From Coriobacteriia bacterium (lineage in GTDB: Bacteria; Actinomycetota; Coriobacteriia; Anaerosomatales; PHET01): a stretch of DNA of 64,000 bases. The stretch is from contig DASRYH010000008.1 of assembly GCA_035687245.1 (NCBI GenBank), positions 180,138 through 244,137 on the forward strand, in the 5' to 3' direction. Every line of letters begins with the position of its first letter. Position 1 is the first letter of the stretch. The notes under the pieces were generated by a model. It saw only the letters and a list, made by a program, of their open reading frames with translations, did no database searches and had not been told where the DNA came from. The position numbers and the translations under genes are program-made. Shown in pieces: positions 17,278 through 26,409 of the stretch.

Positions 17278-17921
17278 CCCGTTCACGCACGTCAACTCCG
17301 CACTCAATGCTCTGGTTCGCCCGTGACATGCCGAATCTGTGCTCGCTGGCCGGGCTCGCGTGCGCTGTCACCGGCATCTACTTCGCGATTAGGGGTGTGT
17401 TCCCCGCAGCGATGGTGGGGCTCATCTGGGCAGTCGTCTTCGACTGGATGGATGGGCGTGTCGCTCGCCGAATGGGGGAGCGCACCGAGCAGCAGCGCCA
17501 GTTCGGCGCTCACTTGGACTCGTTGATTGATGTCGTGAGTTTCGTGGTCGCGCCGGCGCTGATCCTGCTGTCCGTGAGCGACTTCAGCCTATTGTGCCTC
17601 CCCGGCGCTGTGATCTACATGGCTGCGGGTGTCGTGCGACTGGGCTACTTCAACACCTTTGGCCTGATAGGCAGCACGACGTATCGAGGCCTCGCGCTCG
17701 ACAACAACATGCTGCTGCTGGTGGCCGTCTTCGCGTTCCAGCCGCTTCTCAGCACATTCGCGTTCACGGCACTGATCTACGTCACGCTGCTCGTTCTCGC
17801 AGGCCTGAATGTAGCGCCGATCAAGACGCCCAAGCTGACCGGGGGCTGGTACTACGCGATCGTTGCATACGCCGCAGCAGCGAGCGTCTTCTACGGCTGG
17901 CGCATCTTCGCGCAGGCTTAG
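17274..17921 (+). CDS. CDP-alcohol phosphatidyltransferase family membrane protein
   Basis: DWMDGRVARRMGERTEQQRQFGAHLDSLIDVV matches D-G-x2-A-R-x(n)-G-x3-D-x3-D. The protein has multiple hydrophobic segments. Confidence 0.8.
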   Translation: MTRSRTSTPHSMLWFARDMPNLCSLAGLACAVTGIYFAIRGVFPAAMVGLIWAVVFDWMDGRVARRMGERTEQQRQFGAHLDSLIDVVSFVVAPALILLSVSDFSLLCLPGAVIYMAAGVVRLGYFNTFGLIGSTTYRGLALDNNMLLLVAVFAFQPLLSTFAFTALIYVTLLVLAGLNVAPIKTPKLTGGWYYAIVAYAAAASVFYGWRIFAQA

Positions 17922-19735
17922 CCGAGGATCTCAGACAGCCTCAGCCACTCGTCTTCGAGTGCTGCCACGTTGTCCTCGGCCTGCTGGAGAGCCTGTTGGG
18001 CTTCGAGGATGGCGACGTAGTCGGACGCGTCGACGTCCTCTAGGGCCTGGCGTGCGACATCGACCTTGCCCGCGGCGGTGGCCATCTTGCGTTCGACGGA
18101 CGCGGACTCCTTCTTGAGGCGGTACTCATCAGCGCGCGTCAGGGGAGCGGACCCGGCCGACGCGGGAGTGCCGTCACCTTCGGCAGGCTGGATGACAGCG
18201 GCATTCGCCGGCTTCGGGGAGCCGCCGTTGCGACCAGCTTCGACCAGCTTGAGGTACTCCTCGACGCCGCCCGGCACATGCCGGATATGGCCGTTGATGA
18301 TCGCGAACTGGTCGTCGGTTACGCGCTCCATCAGGTGCCGGTCGTGCGTGATGAGCAGCAGCGTGCCTGGCCACGTGTCGAGCAGCCCCTCCATTACGGC
18401 GAGCATATCGGTGTCCAGATCGTTGTCCGGCTCGTCGAGGATCAGCACGTTGGGGCGGTCCAGCAGGATCAGCATCAACTGCAGACGGCGCTTTTGTCCG
18501 CCGGACAGGTCGGCCACGTACGCCGAAAGATGCGCCGACTCGAAGCCGAGTCGCTCGAGCAGCTGCGCGGGGCTCAGCTCGCGGCCCTCGATCTCGTAGC
18601 GCGTGTTGTAGCGGCTCAGTACGTCTCGAACGCGCTGGTCGGCCAGGGAGTTGAGCTCGGTGAGGTGCTGGGAGAGGTAGGCGAACTTCACGGTCTGCCC
18701 GATTCGGACCTCACCGGTCTGTGGCTCAAGCTTGCCCTGCATGAGGTTGAGCAGCGTGGTCTTGCCCGATCCGTTCTCGCCAAGGATGCCGAACCGGTCG
18801 CCTGCGCCGATGTGCCACGTGACGTTGTCGATGACGCGCGTTTCGCCGAAACGCATGGAGACGCCCAACACGTCGACGACCTGTTTGCCGAGACGCGAGA
18901 TCGCCGAGCGCTTGAGTTCGAGCGAGTTTCGCAGCGGTGGTTCTTCGGCGATCAGCTCTTTGGCTGCGGCAACCCGGAACTTCGGCTTGGTGCTGCGCGC
19001 CTGTGCGCCGCGCGAAAGCCACGCAAGTTCCTTGCGCATGATGTTGCGGCGCTTTCGCTCCGCCGAACGCTCGGCAAGATCACGTTCGACGCGCTGCAGC
19101 ACATAGGCGGAGTAGCCGCCCTCGAACTCGTCGACCTGCCCGTCGTGGACCTCCCACATCTGCAGGCAGACTTCGTCGAGGAACCAGCGATCGTGAGTAA
19201 CCACCAGCAGTGCGCCCGACTTCTTGGGCCAGCGCCGCTTGAGGTGCTCCGCGAGCCAGGCGATCGCGTGAACGTCGAGGTGGTTGGTGGGCTCGTCGAG
19301 CATGAGGATGTCGGAGTCCTCGATGAGCACGCGTGCTAGGTCCACACGCCGCCTCTGACCGCCAGAGAGCTCGCCGATGCGCGCGTCCCACGCCACATCG
19401 CCGATGAGCCCCTTGATGATGTCGCGAATGCGTGCGTCCGACGCCCATGTGTGCTCAGCAACGTCGCCCACGACGGCGTGCTCTACGCTCGATTCTGGGT
19501 CGAGCGAATCGGCTTGCCGAAGGGTCGTGACGCGAACGCCGGTGCGCCTGACGACACTGCCAGAGTCCGGTTGGAGCTGGCCAGCAAGCACAGCCAGAAG
19601 CGTGGACTTGCCGTCGCCATTGGCACCCAGAACGCCGACGCGCTCGCCCTCGTCGATGCCGAGCGTCACGTCGGTGAGCACCTTCTTTGAGGGGTACTCC
19701 AAGGTGACACTCTCGCATCCGAGCAGGTGCGCCAC
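17918..19735 (-). CDS. ABC-F family ATPase (Uup/EttA-like, two ABC domains, C-terminal coiled coil)
   Basis: Two Walker A motifs (GANGDGKST, GENGSGKTT) and two signatures (LSGGQRRR, LSGGQKRR) are present. I prefer GTG 19735 because AAAGGA lies 5 nt upstream. The longest ORF starts at 19888. Confidence 0.85.
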   Translation of the reverse strand: MAHLLGCESVTLEYPSKKVLTDVTLGIDEGERVGVLGANGDGKSTLLAVLAGQLQPDSGSVVRRTGVRVTTLRQADSLDPESSVEHAVVGDVAEHTWASDARIRDIIKGLIGDVAWDARIGELSGGQRRRVDLARVLIEDSDILMLDEPTNHLDVHAIAWLAEHLKRRWPKKSGALLVVTHDRWFLDEVCLQMWEVHDGQVDEFEGGYSAYVLQRVERDLAERSAERKRRNIMRKELAWLSRGAQARSTKPKFRVAAAKELIAEEPPLRNSLELKRSAISRLGKQVVDVLGVSMRFGETRVIDNVTWHIGAGDRFGILGENGSGKTTLLNLMQGKLEPQTGEVRIGQTVKFAYLSQHLTELNSLADQRVRDVLSRYNTRYEIEGRELSPAQLLERLGFESAHLSAYVADLSGGQKRRLQLMLILLDRPNVLILDEPDNDLDTDMLAVMEGLLDTWPGTLLLITHDRHLMERVTDDQFAIINGHIRHVPGGVEEYLKLVEAGRNGGSPKPANAAVIQPAEGDGTPASAGSAPLTRADEYRLKKESASVERKMATAAGKVDVARQALEDVDASDYVAILEAQQALQQAEDNVAALEDEWLRLSEILG

Positions 19736-19886
19736 AGCATTCCTTTCGAGGCCGCGGCGAAGATGCCACGGCGAGACTACGTCTTTTCGGCCACCTAGCA
19801 TACCCGCCTTGTGGCAATACGGTGCAGATGCGTCCCTTTCGGCGGCCTGTTGTGATAACACTGAATGAGAGCGACAAGGGGGGCAC

Positions 19887-20843
19887 ATGGGTGGAATCAG
19901 CGTCCGATGGCTAGAGGGCGAGAAGATTGCGACTGGAGGTATCGCAGACCTCGCGCGCGCACGTGAGCGCGCGCCGTGGGTGTGGGTCGACGTGCTCGAG
20001 CCCGATGAGGCGGCCCTACGACCGCTTGCCGAAGCGTTCGGGCTGCACCCCCTCGCGATTGAGGACTGCCTTCACTACCCGCAGCGACCCAAGATCGAGA
20101 CGTACCTCTCCGGCCTGTTCATGATCTGGATCACGCCGCTTCGGCCGGACGGCGAGGATGTCCCCACCCGAGAACTCGACGTCTTCATGGCCGCGGACCA
20201 CCTGATCACGGTGCACAGCCATTCCTTGAAGGCGATCGACGATGTCGTGGAGCGGGCCGAAGACCTCATGCCGCGCGGCGCGGACTTCGTGCTGCATGGA
20301 ATCATCGACCGGCTGGTCGACGGGGTCTTGGGCTACGTGGATGAAGTAGCCGATGATCTCGAAGATATTGAAGACGTGCTGCTGGGAAGCCCGTCGAGAG
20401 AGCACATGCAGGCAATCTACGCGGTTCGCCGACGGCTCGTGAAGCTGCACCGTATCGTGGGTCCCGAGCGCGACATCATCAGGGCACTCGCCCGCGAGCG
20501 CGACCTGATCAGCGAGGAAGGCTTCCGCTACCTGCAAGACGTAGGCGACCATCTCGCGCGGCTCGAGGACTCGATCGAGACCGCACGCGAGATCGCCTCG
20601 GCAGCCATGGACATCTACCTGTCTTCAGTCTCGAACCGCATGAACGAGATCATGAAGGCGCTCACGGTGGTGGCCACGATCTTCATGCCGCTAACGCTGC
20701 TGACGGGTGTTTACGGGATGAACGTCGTGCGAGGTATGTGGCCCCCGGTCGATGCGACGTGGAGTTTTGCGGCAGTCATCGGTTTCATGGTTGCGATTAT
20801 CATCTGGATGATGTGGTACTTCCGAAGGAGGAAGTGGTGGTAG
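19887..20843 (+). CDS. corA: Magnesium/cobalt transporter CorA
   Basis: The YGMN motif (LLTGVYGMNV) precedes the last TM helix, and the protein ends in a basic tail RRRKWW. Confidence 0.9.
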   Translation: MGGISVRWLEGEKIATGGIADLARARERAPWVWVDVLEPDEAALRPLAEAFGLHPLAIEDCLHYPQRPKIETYLSGLFMIWITPLRPDGEDVPTRELDVFMAADHLITVHSHSLKAIDDVVERAEDLMPRGADFVLHGIIDRLVDGVLGYVDEVADDLEDIEDVLLGSPSREHMQAIYAVRRRLVKLHRIVGPERDIIRALARERDLISEEGFRYLQDVGDHLARLEDSIETAREIASAAMDIYLSSVSNRMNEIMKALTVVATIFMPLTLLTGVYGMNVVRGMWPPVDATWSFAAVIGFMVAIIIWMMWYFRRRKWW

Positions 20844-21496
20844 AGCGCGACGATGAAGTGCAAGTCCCGACCGAAGAGCCAGCACAGTCCGATCGCTCGC
20901 ACGACATCCTTACGGTCGCCAACATCATCACGGTCCTCAGGCTCATTCTGGTGCCGATGTTCTTCGCAGTGCTTCTGAGCGGCCGAAGCGACGGCGTGGC
21001 GTTCGTGCTGTTTGCAGTGGCCGCTTCGACCGACTGGCTGGACGGGCAGATCGCCCGCCGCACCGGTACGGTAACCGCCGTAGGGGCCGCGATCGATCCG
21101 CTTGTCGACAGGCTGCTGATTGCTTCGGGAGTCGTGGGTGTCTATCTGCTCGAGCGTCTGCCGCTCTGGGTGGTCGTTGTGCTCGTCGCGCGCGATGTCT
21201 ACCTCCTGGGCGGCGCTGCCTACCTTGCTCGCCGCGGAGCTCGCTCGGTCGAGGTCGTCTTCGTCGGCAAGCTCACGACGGCGCTGCTGCTATTCGGCTT
21301 CTCCGACCTGATACTCAACTGGCCCCTCATTCCGGGTATTGGCATCTTGGACTCACCCTATGCACCGGGCCTCGGGTACACGCCTGCTGCAGCCGGCATC
21401 TGGTTCGTCTACATGGGGATCGCGACGTCGCTTGTGACTGCGGTGGTATACACCATCAGAGCGGTTAGGACGGTTCGGAGCCTCGCGCCGAGGTAG
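20834..21496 (+). CDS. pgsA: CDP-diacylglycerol-glycerol-3-phosphate 3-phosphatidyltransferase
   Basis: NIITVLRLILVP...DWLDGQIARRTGTVTAVGAAIDPLVDRLL is the CDP-alcohol transferase motif with a PgsA-like N-terminus. AAGGAGG at 20825-20831 precedes GTG 20834/20837. Confidence 0.8.
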   Translation: MVVERDDEVQVPTEEPAQSDRSHDILTVANIITVLRLILVPMFFAVLLSGRSDGVAFVLFAVAASTDWLDGQIARRTGTVTAVGAAIDPLVDRLLIASGVVGVYLLERLPLWVVVVLVARDVYLLGGAAYLARRGARSVEVVFVGKLTTALLLFGFSDLILNWPLIPGIGILDSPYAPGLGYTPAAAGIWFVYMGIATSLVTAVVYTIRAVRTVRSLAPR

Positions 21497-21679
21497 GGGA
21501 GTCTTGAAGCAGCTTGCTGGTACGCTGTTCACCTGCCGATGTCTTACCCGGAGCGTAAGGTTGATGGCGCCGCCGTAGGTGGCGGACGCTGGCAGGTACC
21601 TTGCTTCTGAGAGCCAGTGTGCTACCGGATGTGACGGTGCAGCTACAAAAGCCCACCCGCAAGGCTACGAGCAGGCACA

Positions 21680-23596
21680 ATGCCTGAGATTCAGCGTGTC
21701 GCGGGACAAAATGGAGATCGAGTGGAAGAACGGCGAGAGCATAGGTCGCATCGCAGGCCGGTCGCGCGTCAAGCGGCGAGGTCGCATCGCCACGCGCGCA
21801 AGCAGCGAGACTCGCTGCCGTGGATCATAGGCGCCGTGGCCGTCGTGGTCGTGCTCGTTCTCGCGATCGGTCTCGATCTGCTGCTCAGTTCCGGTCGGAT
21901 TCACCCACGGGTGTCGATCGCCGGAGTCGATGTCGGCAGCATGAGCGCCGGTGGCGCGACGGCCACGCTGGACAAGGAGCTTGGTGCACGGATCGCGAAG
22001 CCGGTGAAGGTGGTCTACGGAGACAGCTCGTGGGATGTCACCGCGAAGCAGATCGGACTGTCTTTCGACGACGCCGACCAGACGCGTCGGGCTATGGAGG
22101 TCGGGCGTGCAGGCGGCTTCCTCAGCGCCGTGGGAGCTCGTATCGACGCGATCTTCACTGGAGTCGACCTAGCGCCAACGCCCGTCGTTGACGAAGAGAA
22201 GCTCAACGAGACCCTAGACGTGATAGCGGAGAGCACTGACGTGCCTGCCAAGAACGCCTCAGTGGTGATCGAGGGGACGACGCCGCAGGTCGTAGAAGGC
22301 AAAGACGGCCACATGATGCGTCGCGACGTCATCAGGTCACGGCTGCTGGCAGCGTTCTGGTCCACGGGTAACCGTGTCGTGAAGGCTCCCGTGGTAGTGG
22401 ATCGCATGCACGTCGACGCGGCTGAAGCTGGGCGGGCCGCCAAGGTGGCCGAAGGGATGCTGGACTCGGCGGTCACCATCACTTTCGACGAGAAGAGCTG
22501 GAAGTTCCCGCCTGCTGATATCGCCAAGTGGATCGACATCGCACCTTCACAGGAGGACAGCAAGACCCCGTCTGCCGAGTCCACCCTCACGGTTGTTGTC
22601 TCTCCCGAACTTGCCGAAGAACCGATTCTCAAGAAGCTGGGCTCAGACGTCGGCCGTCCCGCGAAGAATGCGCGCTTCAAGACCGCGCACGGCAGCGTGA
22701 CGATCATTCCGTCGGAGGAAGGCATCGGACCGGATATCGCGAGCCTGTCCGACAACATGACTCGCGAACTCAAGAAGGGTGGGGGAGAACACTCGGTTGC
22801 GCTGCGCACTACTCGCGTACAACCGAAGATCACCACCGAGAAGGCTCGAGGCATGGGCGTTACCCAGCGCATCTCGACCTTCAGCACCACCTACGAACCG
22901 AGCAACCGCCCCAGGGTCAACAACATCCATCTGCTCGGGAACGCCCTCGACGGCACGCTGATCAAGCCGGGAGGCACCTTCTCGTTCAACGGTGCGGCTG
23001 GCCAGCGAACTGCTGCCAAGGGCTATCAGGAGGCTAATGCGATCGTCAAGGGCCGCTTGGTGCCTCAGCTTGGGGGCGGCGTGTGTCAGGTCGGTACTAC
23101 CGTATTCAACGCGGTGTTCCTCTCGGGCCTTCCGGTCGTCGAGCGGCACAACCACTCTTTCTACATCTCGCACTACCCCGATGGGCGCGACGCGACGGTC
23201 TCATGGGGTGGTCCGGACCTGAAGTTCAAGAACGAGACCGACCACTGGGTGCTCGTCTCGGTCTCCTACACCAGCTCGTCGATCACGGTCTCCTTGTATG
23301 GAACCGACCCCGGCTACGACGTCACGGCCGAGAAGGGCAAGTGGACCAACATCCGCGAGGCTGGGACCGAGGAGATCAAGGACCCCAAGCTCGAAAAGGG
23401 CAGCAAGGTGGTTGAGGAGCAAGGCGTATCAGGCCGCAGTATTGTGGTAAAGCGCATCGTGGAGAAAGACGGTAAGGTGGTGCGTACTGACTCGTTCTTC
23501 TCGAACTACCGGCCCAAGGCGCAGATTGTGCGCGTGGGAACCAAGAAGGTCGAGCAGCCTGAGACAGATACGACGACTTCGACAACGACGCCTTAA
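21680..23596 (+). CDS. VanW family protein with N-terminal membrane anchor and C-terminal G5 domain
   Basis: The VanW core is GTFSFNGAAGQRTAAKGYQEA...GGGVCQVGTTVFNA...HYPDGRDATV. The G5-like tail is EEQGVSGRSIVVKRIVEKDGKVVRTD...IVRVGTKK. The Arg-rich N-terminus is followed by TM helix WIIGAVAVVVVLVLAIGL. Confidence 0.8.
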   Translation: MPEIQRVAGQNGDRVEERREHRSHRRPVARQAARSHRHARKQRDSLPWIIGAVAVVVVLVLAIGLDLLLSSGRIHPRVSIAGVDVGSMSAGGATATLDKELGARIAKPVKVVYGDSSWDVTAKQIGLSFDDADQTRRAMEVGRAGGFLSAVGARIDAIFTGVDLAPTPVVDEEKLNETLDVIAESTDVPAKNASVVIEGTTPQVVEGKDGHMMRRDVIRSRLLAAFWSTGNRVVKAPVVVDRMHVDAAEAGRAAKVAEGMLDSAVTITFDEKSWKFPPADIAKWIDIAPSQEDSKTPSAESTLTVVVSPELAEEPILKKLGSDVGRPAKNARFKTAHGSVTIIPSEEGIGPDIASLSDNMTRELKKGGGEHSVALRTTRVQPKITTEKARGMGVTQRISTFSTTYEPSNRPRVNNIHLLGNALDGTLIKPGGTFSFNGAAGQRTAAKGYQEANAIVKGRLVPQLGGGVCQVGTTVFNAVFLSGLPVVERHNHSFYISHYPDGRDATVSWGGPDLKFKNETDHWVLVSVSYTSSSITVSLYGTDPGYDVTAEKGKWTNIREAGTEEIKDPKLEKGSKVVEEQGVSGRSIVVKRIVEKDGKVVRTDSFFSNYRPKAQIVRVGTKKVEQPETDTTTSTTTP

Positions 23597-23653
23597 GGGC
23601 CCCGTTTCGGCAAGCCGCCGAGGGCCCGTGGGCGCACCGTGAGAGGAGGGGCG

Positions 23654-24958
23654 GTGTTCCAGCCGGAGCTTGAGGCGATGCCTCGTGAACAGCTGGAGGC
23701 GCTGCAGCTCGAGAGGTTGCAGTCCCTGCTGGTTCGCGTCTACGAGAACGTCGAGACCTACCGACGCAAGTTCGACGACGCGGGGTTCGACCCGCGCTCG
23801 GTGAACTCGCTTCAGGACTTGGCCAGCGTCCCGTTCACGGTCAAAGACGACCTTCGCGCCGCGTATCCGTACGGCATGTTTGCGGTGCCGCTACGCGAGA
23901 TCGTTCGTGTGCACTCGTCCAGTGGCACCACGGGCCAGGTGAGCGTTGTCGGCTACACGCAAGGCGATCTCGACCGGTGGGCCGATCTGATGGCGCGCAC
24001 CTTCGCTGCGGCCGGGGCCACGAACGACGACATCGTTCAGGTCACCTACGGATACGGCTTGTTCACAGGTGGTTTGGGCGCGCACTACGGCTCTGAGCGC
24101 CTCGGTGCTGTGACGATTCCGGTCTCCGGCGGCAATACCAAGCGCCAGGTGCAGATCCTACGCGACTTCAACGTCACCGTTCTGGCCTGCACGCCAAGCT
24201 ATGCACAACTCATTGGTGAGACCGCCCGTGACATGGGTATCGACCCCCACGACCTACCTCTTCGCATAGGCGTCTTCGGCGCCGAACCGTGGAGCGAGTC
24301 CATGCGCACGCAACTCGAGGCTGATCTCGGGATCCGCGCAATCGACATCTACGGCCTGTCAGAGGTCATGGGGCCGGGCGTCGCCACAGAGTGCGAGTGT
24401 CAGCACGGCCTCCATGTCTTCGAGGACCACTTCATCGTCGAGATCATCGATCAGGAGACGCTCCAGCCGGTACCCGACGGCGAGATGGGCGAGGTCGTCT
24501 TCACGACGCTCACCAAGGAGGGTATCCCCGTAATCCGCTACCGGACACGCGACATCAGCCGGATCATTCCGGAGCGGTGCGAGTGCGGAAGGACCTTCCG
24601 CCGCATCGAGCGCGTGACCGGCCGCAGCGACGACATGCTCATCATCCGCGGTGTGAACGTCTACCCGAGCCAGATCGAACAGGTGCTTCTGGGCATCCCG
24701 AACGTGGCTCCGCACTACCAGGTCGTGCTCACCAAGCGCGGCTCGATGGACTCAGTCGAGGTACACGTCGAGGTCGCTCCTGACGTGGCATTTGACGAGG
24801 TGCGCGAGCTCGAGGCGCTGCAGAAGCGTGTGAAGGCGGAGATCGAGTCCGCACTCGCCGTTTCCATAGCCGTCAAGCTCGTAGAGCCGAAGTCGATCGC
24901 GCGCAGTGAAGGCAAGGCTAAACGAGTAGTGGATCTGCGAGCCGAAGGGGAGGCCTAG
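23654..24958 (+). CDS. paaK: Phenylacetate-CoA ligase (copy 1)
   Basis: VHSSSGTTGQ is the AMP-binding P-loop, and the N-terminus EAMPREQLEALQLERLQ and C-terminus SEGKAKRVVDLR are PaaK-like. GGAGG precedes GTG 23654. Confidence 0.85.
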   Translation: MFQPELEAMPREQLEALQLERLQSLLVRVYENVETYRRKFDDAGFDPRSVNSLQDLASVPFTVKDDLRAAYPYGMFAVPLREIVRVHSSSGTTGQVSVVGYTQGDLDRWADLMARTFAAAGATNDDIVQVTYGYGLFTGGLGAHYGSERLGAVTIPVSGGNTKRQVQILRDFNVTVLACTPSYAQLIGETARDMGIDPHDLPLRIGVFGAEPWSESMRTQLEADLGIRAIDIYGLSEVMGPGVATECECQHGLHVFEDHFIVEIIDQETLQPVPDGEMGEVVFTTLTKEGIPVIRYRTRDISRIIPERCECGRTFRRIERVTGRSDDMLIIRGVNVYPSQIEQVLLGIPNVAPHYQVVLTKRGSMDSVEVHVEVAPDVAFDEVRELEALQKRVKAEIESALAVSIAVKLVEPKSIARSEGKAKRVVDLRAEGEA

Positions 24959-24960
24959 CC

Positions 24961-25395
24961 GTGATCCAGCAGCTGAGCGTGTTCCTTGAGAACAAGTCCG
25001 GCCGTCTCGCCGAGATGACGCGTGTTCTCGGCGATGCGAGCGTCAACATGCACGCCCTCATGGTTGCTGACACCACCGAGTTCGGTGTGATCCGCATTAT
25101 CTGCGACAACCCCGTTAGGGCCAAGGCGGTGCTTGAAGAGGCCGGATTCGGCGTGTCGGTCACTCTGGTGACGGCGGTCGAGATACCTGACCGCCCAGGT
25201 GGGCTTGCAGACGTGCTGGAGGCACTGGACGCGGCGGGCGTGAACGTCGAGTACGCCTACTGCTTCGTCGAGCCTTCCGGTGATGCAGCTGTCGACGTGT
25301 TCAAAGTCGACACGGAGGGTGCGGAGACCGCACTTCGCAACGCCGGGTTCAAGGTGATGTCCGACGACGAGCTGTACGCGCCGGACGGCTCCTGA
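24961..25395 (+). CDS. ACT domain-containing protein (copy 1)
   Basis: IQQLSVFLENKSGRLAEMTRVL...GVIRII is a tandem ACT pattern. It is a paralogue of 39974-40399. Confidence 0.8.
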   Translation: MIQQLSVFLENKSGRLAEMTRVLGDASVNMHALMVADTTEFGVIRIICDNPVRAKAVLEEAGFGVSVTLVTAVEIPDRPGGLADVLEALDAAGVNVEYAYCFVEPSGDAAVDVFKVDTEGAETALRNAGFKVMSDDELYAPDGS

Positions 25396-26210
25396 TCCTC
25401 GTCGGTCGCTGAAGATATCGATTCGAGCAGAGCCGTGATCGCATCGCGGTCACTAGGCAGTGCGAGAAGTCGTGCCGTGACGCCCTCAATGTGTGAGGAG
25501 CCAAGCACCGCCAAGACGTCGTCGCGGATGCGGTCGCGCGCCACCGAGCCGCCTTCGGCGTCCGTATGGGGCATCAAGATGACGAAGCGCCCGTCGGTGA
25601 GCCGTGCCACTTCGTCCATCATGCGTACGTCTGAGCGGATCACACCTGCGATAGCACGCACGAGACCGCGCTGCCGCACAGGCTTCATGGTCCCGAATAC
25701 CCGCGGTGAGAGGGCCATGATGATGACCGCGATCGGGTCGCCGTAGCGTTCGTGACGTGCCACGGCCATCGAGATCGTGGTGTGGATGTACTCCTGATTG
25801 AAGACGCGGCTCCAGTCGTCTAACGCGCTGCCCGGGCCCAACTTGGTCAGCCCGTAACGGAACCGCGTAACCAGCTCGCCACCGACGATGCCTACCAGTC
25901 CGAAGGCGACCAGTCGCAGCACCAGGACGGGTATGTGCGTGGGGCCGGCGGTCGTGTCGGGCGCGCTCGCAATCACAACGAGGGAGTAGGCAACTGAGGC
26001 GAGCATGGCGGCTGTGGCTCCACCGCGACGGCCAAGCCGCACGGCCGCATACAGCACGACAAACAAGAGGCCCTGGGCCACGACCTCAACATAGTCGGCC
26101 CCACCGGCTGCTATCGAGATGGCCATGCTGCATAGGATCGCAGCTCCGCCTGCCAGAAGTACGATCTGCTCGAATCGCGTGAATCTCATAAGTCCTCCAC
26201 TCCCGGCCAC
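25257..26210 (-). CDS. Membrane protein with degenerate GGDEF-like domain
   Basis: N-terminal hydrophobic helices are followed by ARHERYGDPIAVIIMAL...RLTDGRFVILMPHTD. This follows the GGDEF-domain layout, but TDGRF replaces GGDEF. The last 139 nt overlap the convergent ACT gene. Confidence 0.5.
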   Translation of the reverse strand: MAGSGGLMRFTRFEQIVLLAGGAAILCSMAISIAAGGADYVEVVAQGLLFVVLYAAVRLGRRGGATAAMLASVAYSLVVIASAPDTTAGPTHIPVLVLRLVAFGLVGIVGGELVTRFRYGLTKLGPGSALDDWSRVFNQEYIHTTISMAVARHERYGDPIAVIIMALSPRVFGTMKPVRQRGLVRAIAGVIRSDVRMMDEVARLTDGRFVILMPHTDAEGGSVARDRIRDDVLAVLGSSHIEGVTARLLALPSDRDAITALLESISSATDEDQEPSGAYSSSSDITLNPALRSAVSAPSVSTLNTSTAASPEGSTKQ

Positions 26211-26409
26211 CCTCGCGGGCGCCGGGAACGTGGCATACTGCTCTGCGGCAGTGCCACACCCTCATCCAATGCCAAGGAACGGCATCCAAGACTCGATGAT
26301 CACTGTACTCAATGTTCTTCGCCGAATGGGCCTTGTAGGCTCGTCGTCGGTGCCAGCGCGCGCGGCCACGCCGCGTCGTGCCTCCTCTACGCACCATCTG
26401 TATATCGGC

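Noticed and set aside
17918-17921. Overlapping stop codons of convergent genes (TTAG: plus-strand TAG, minus-strand TAA)
   Set aside because: The overlap is real but trivial. It reflects compact gene packing and is not a functional element.
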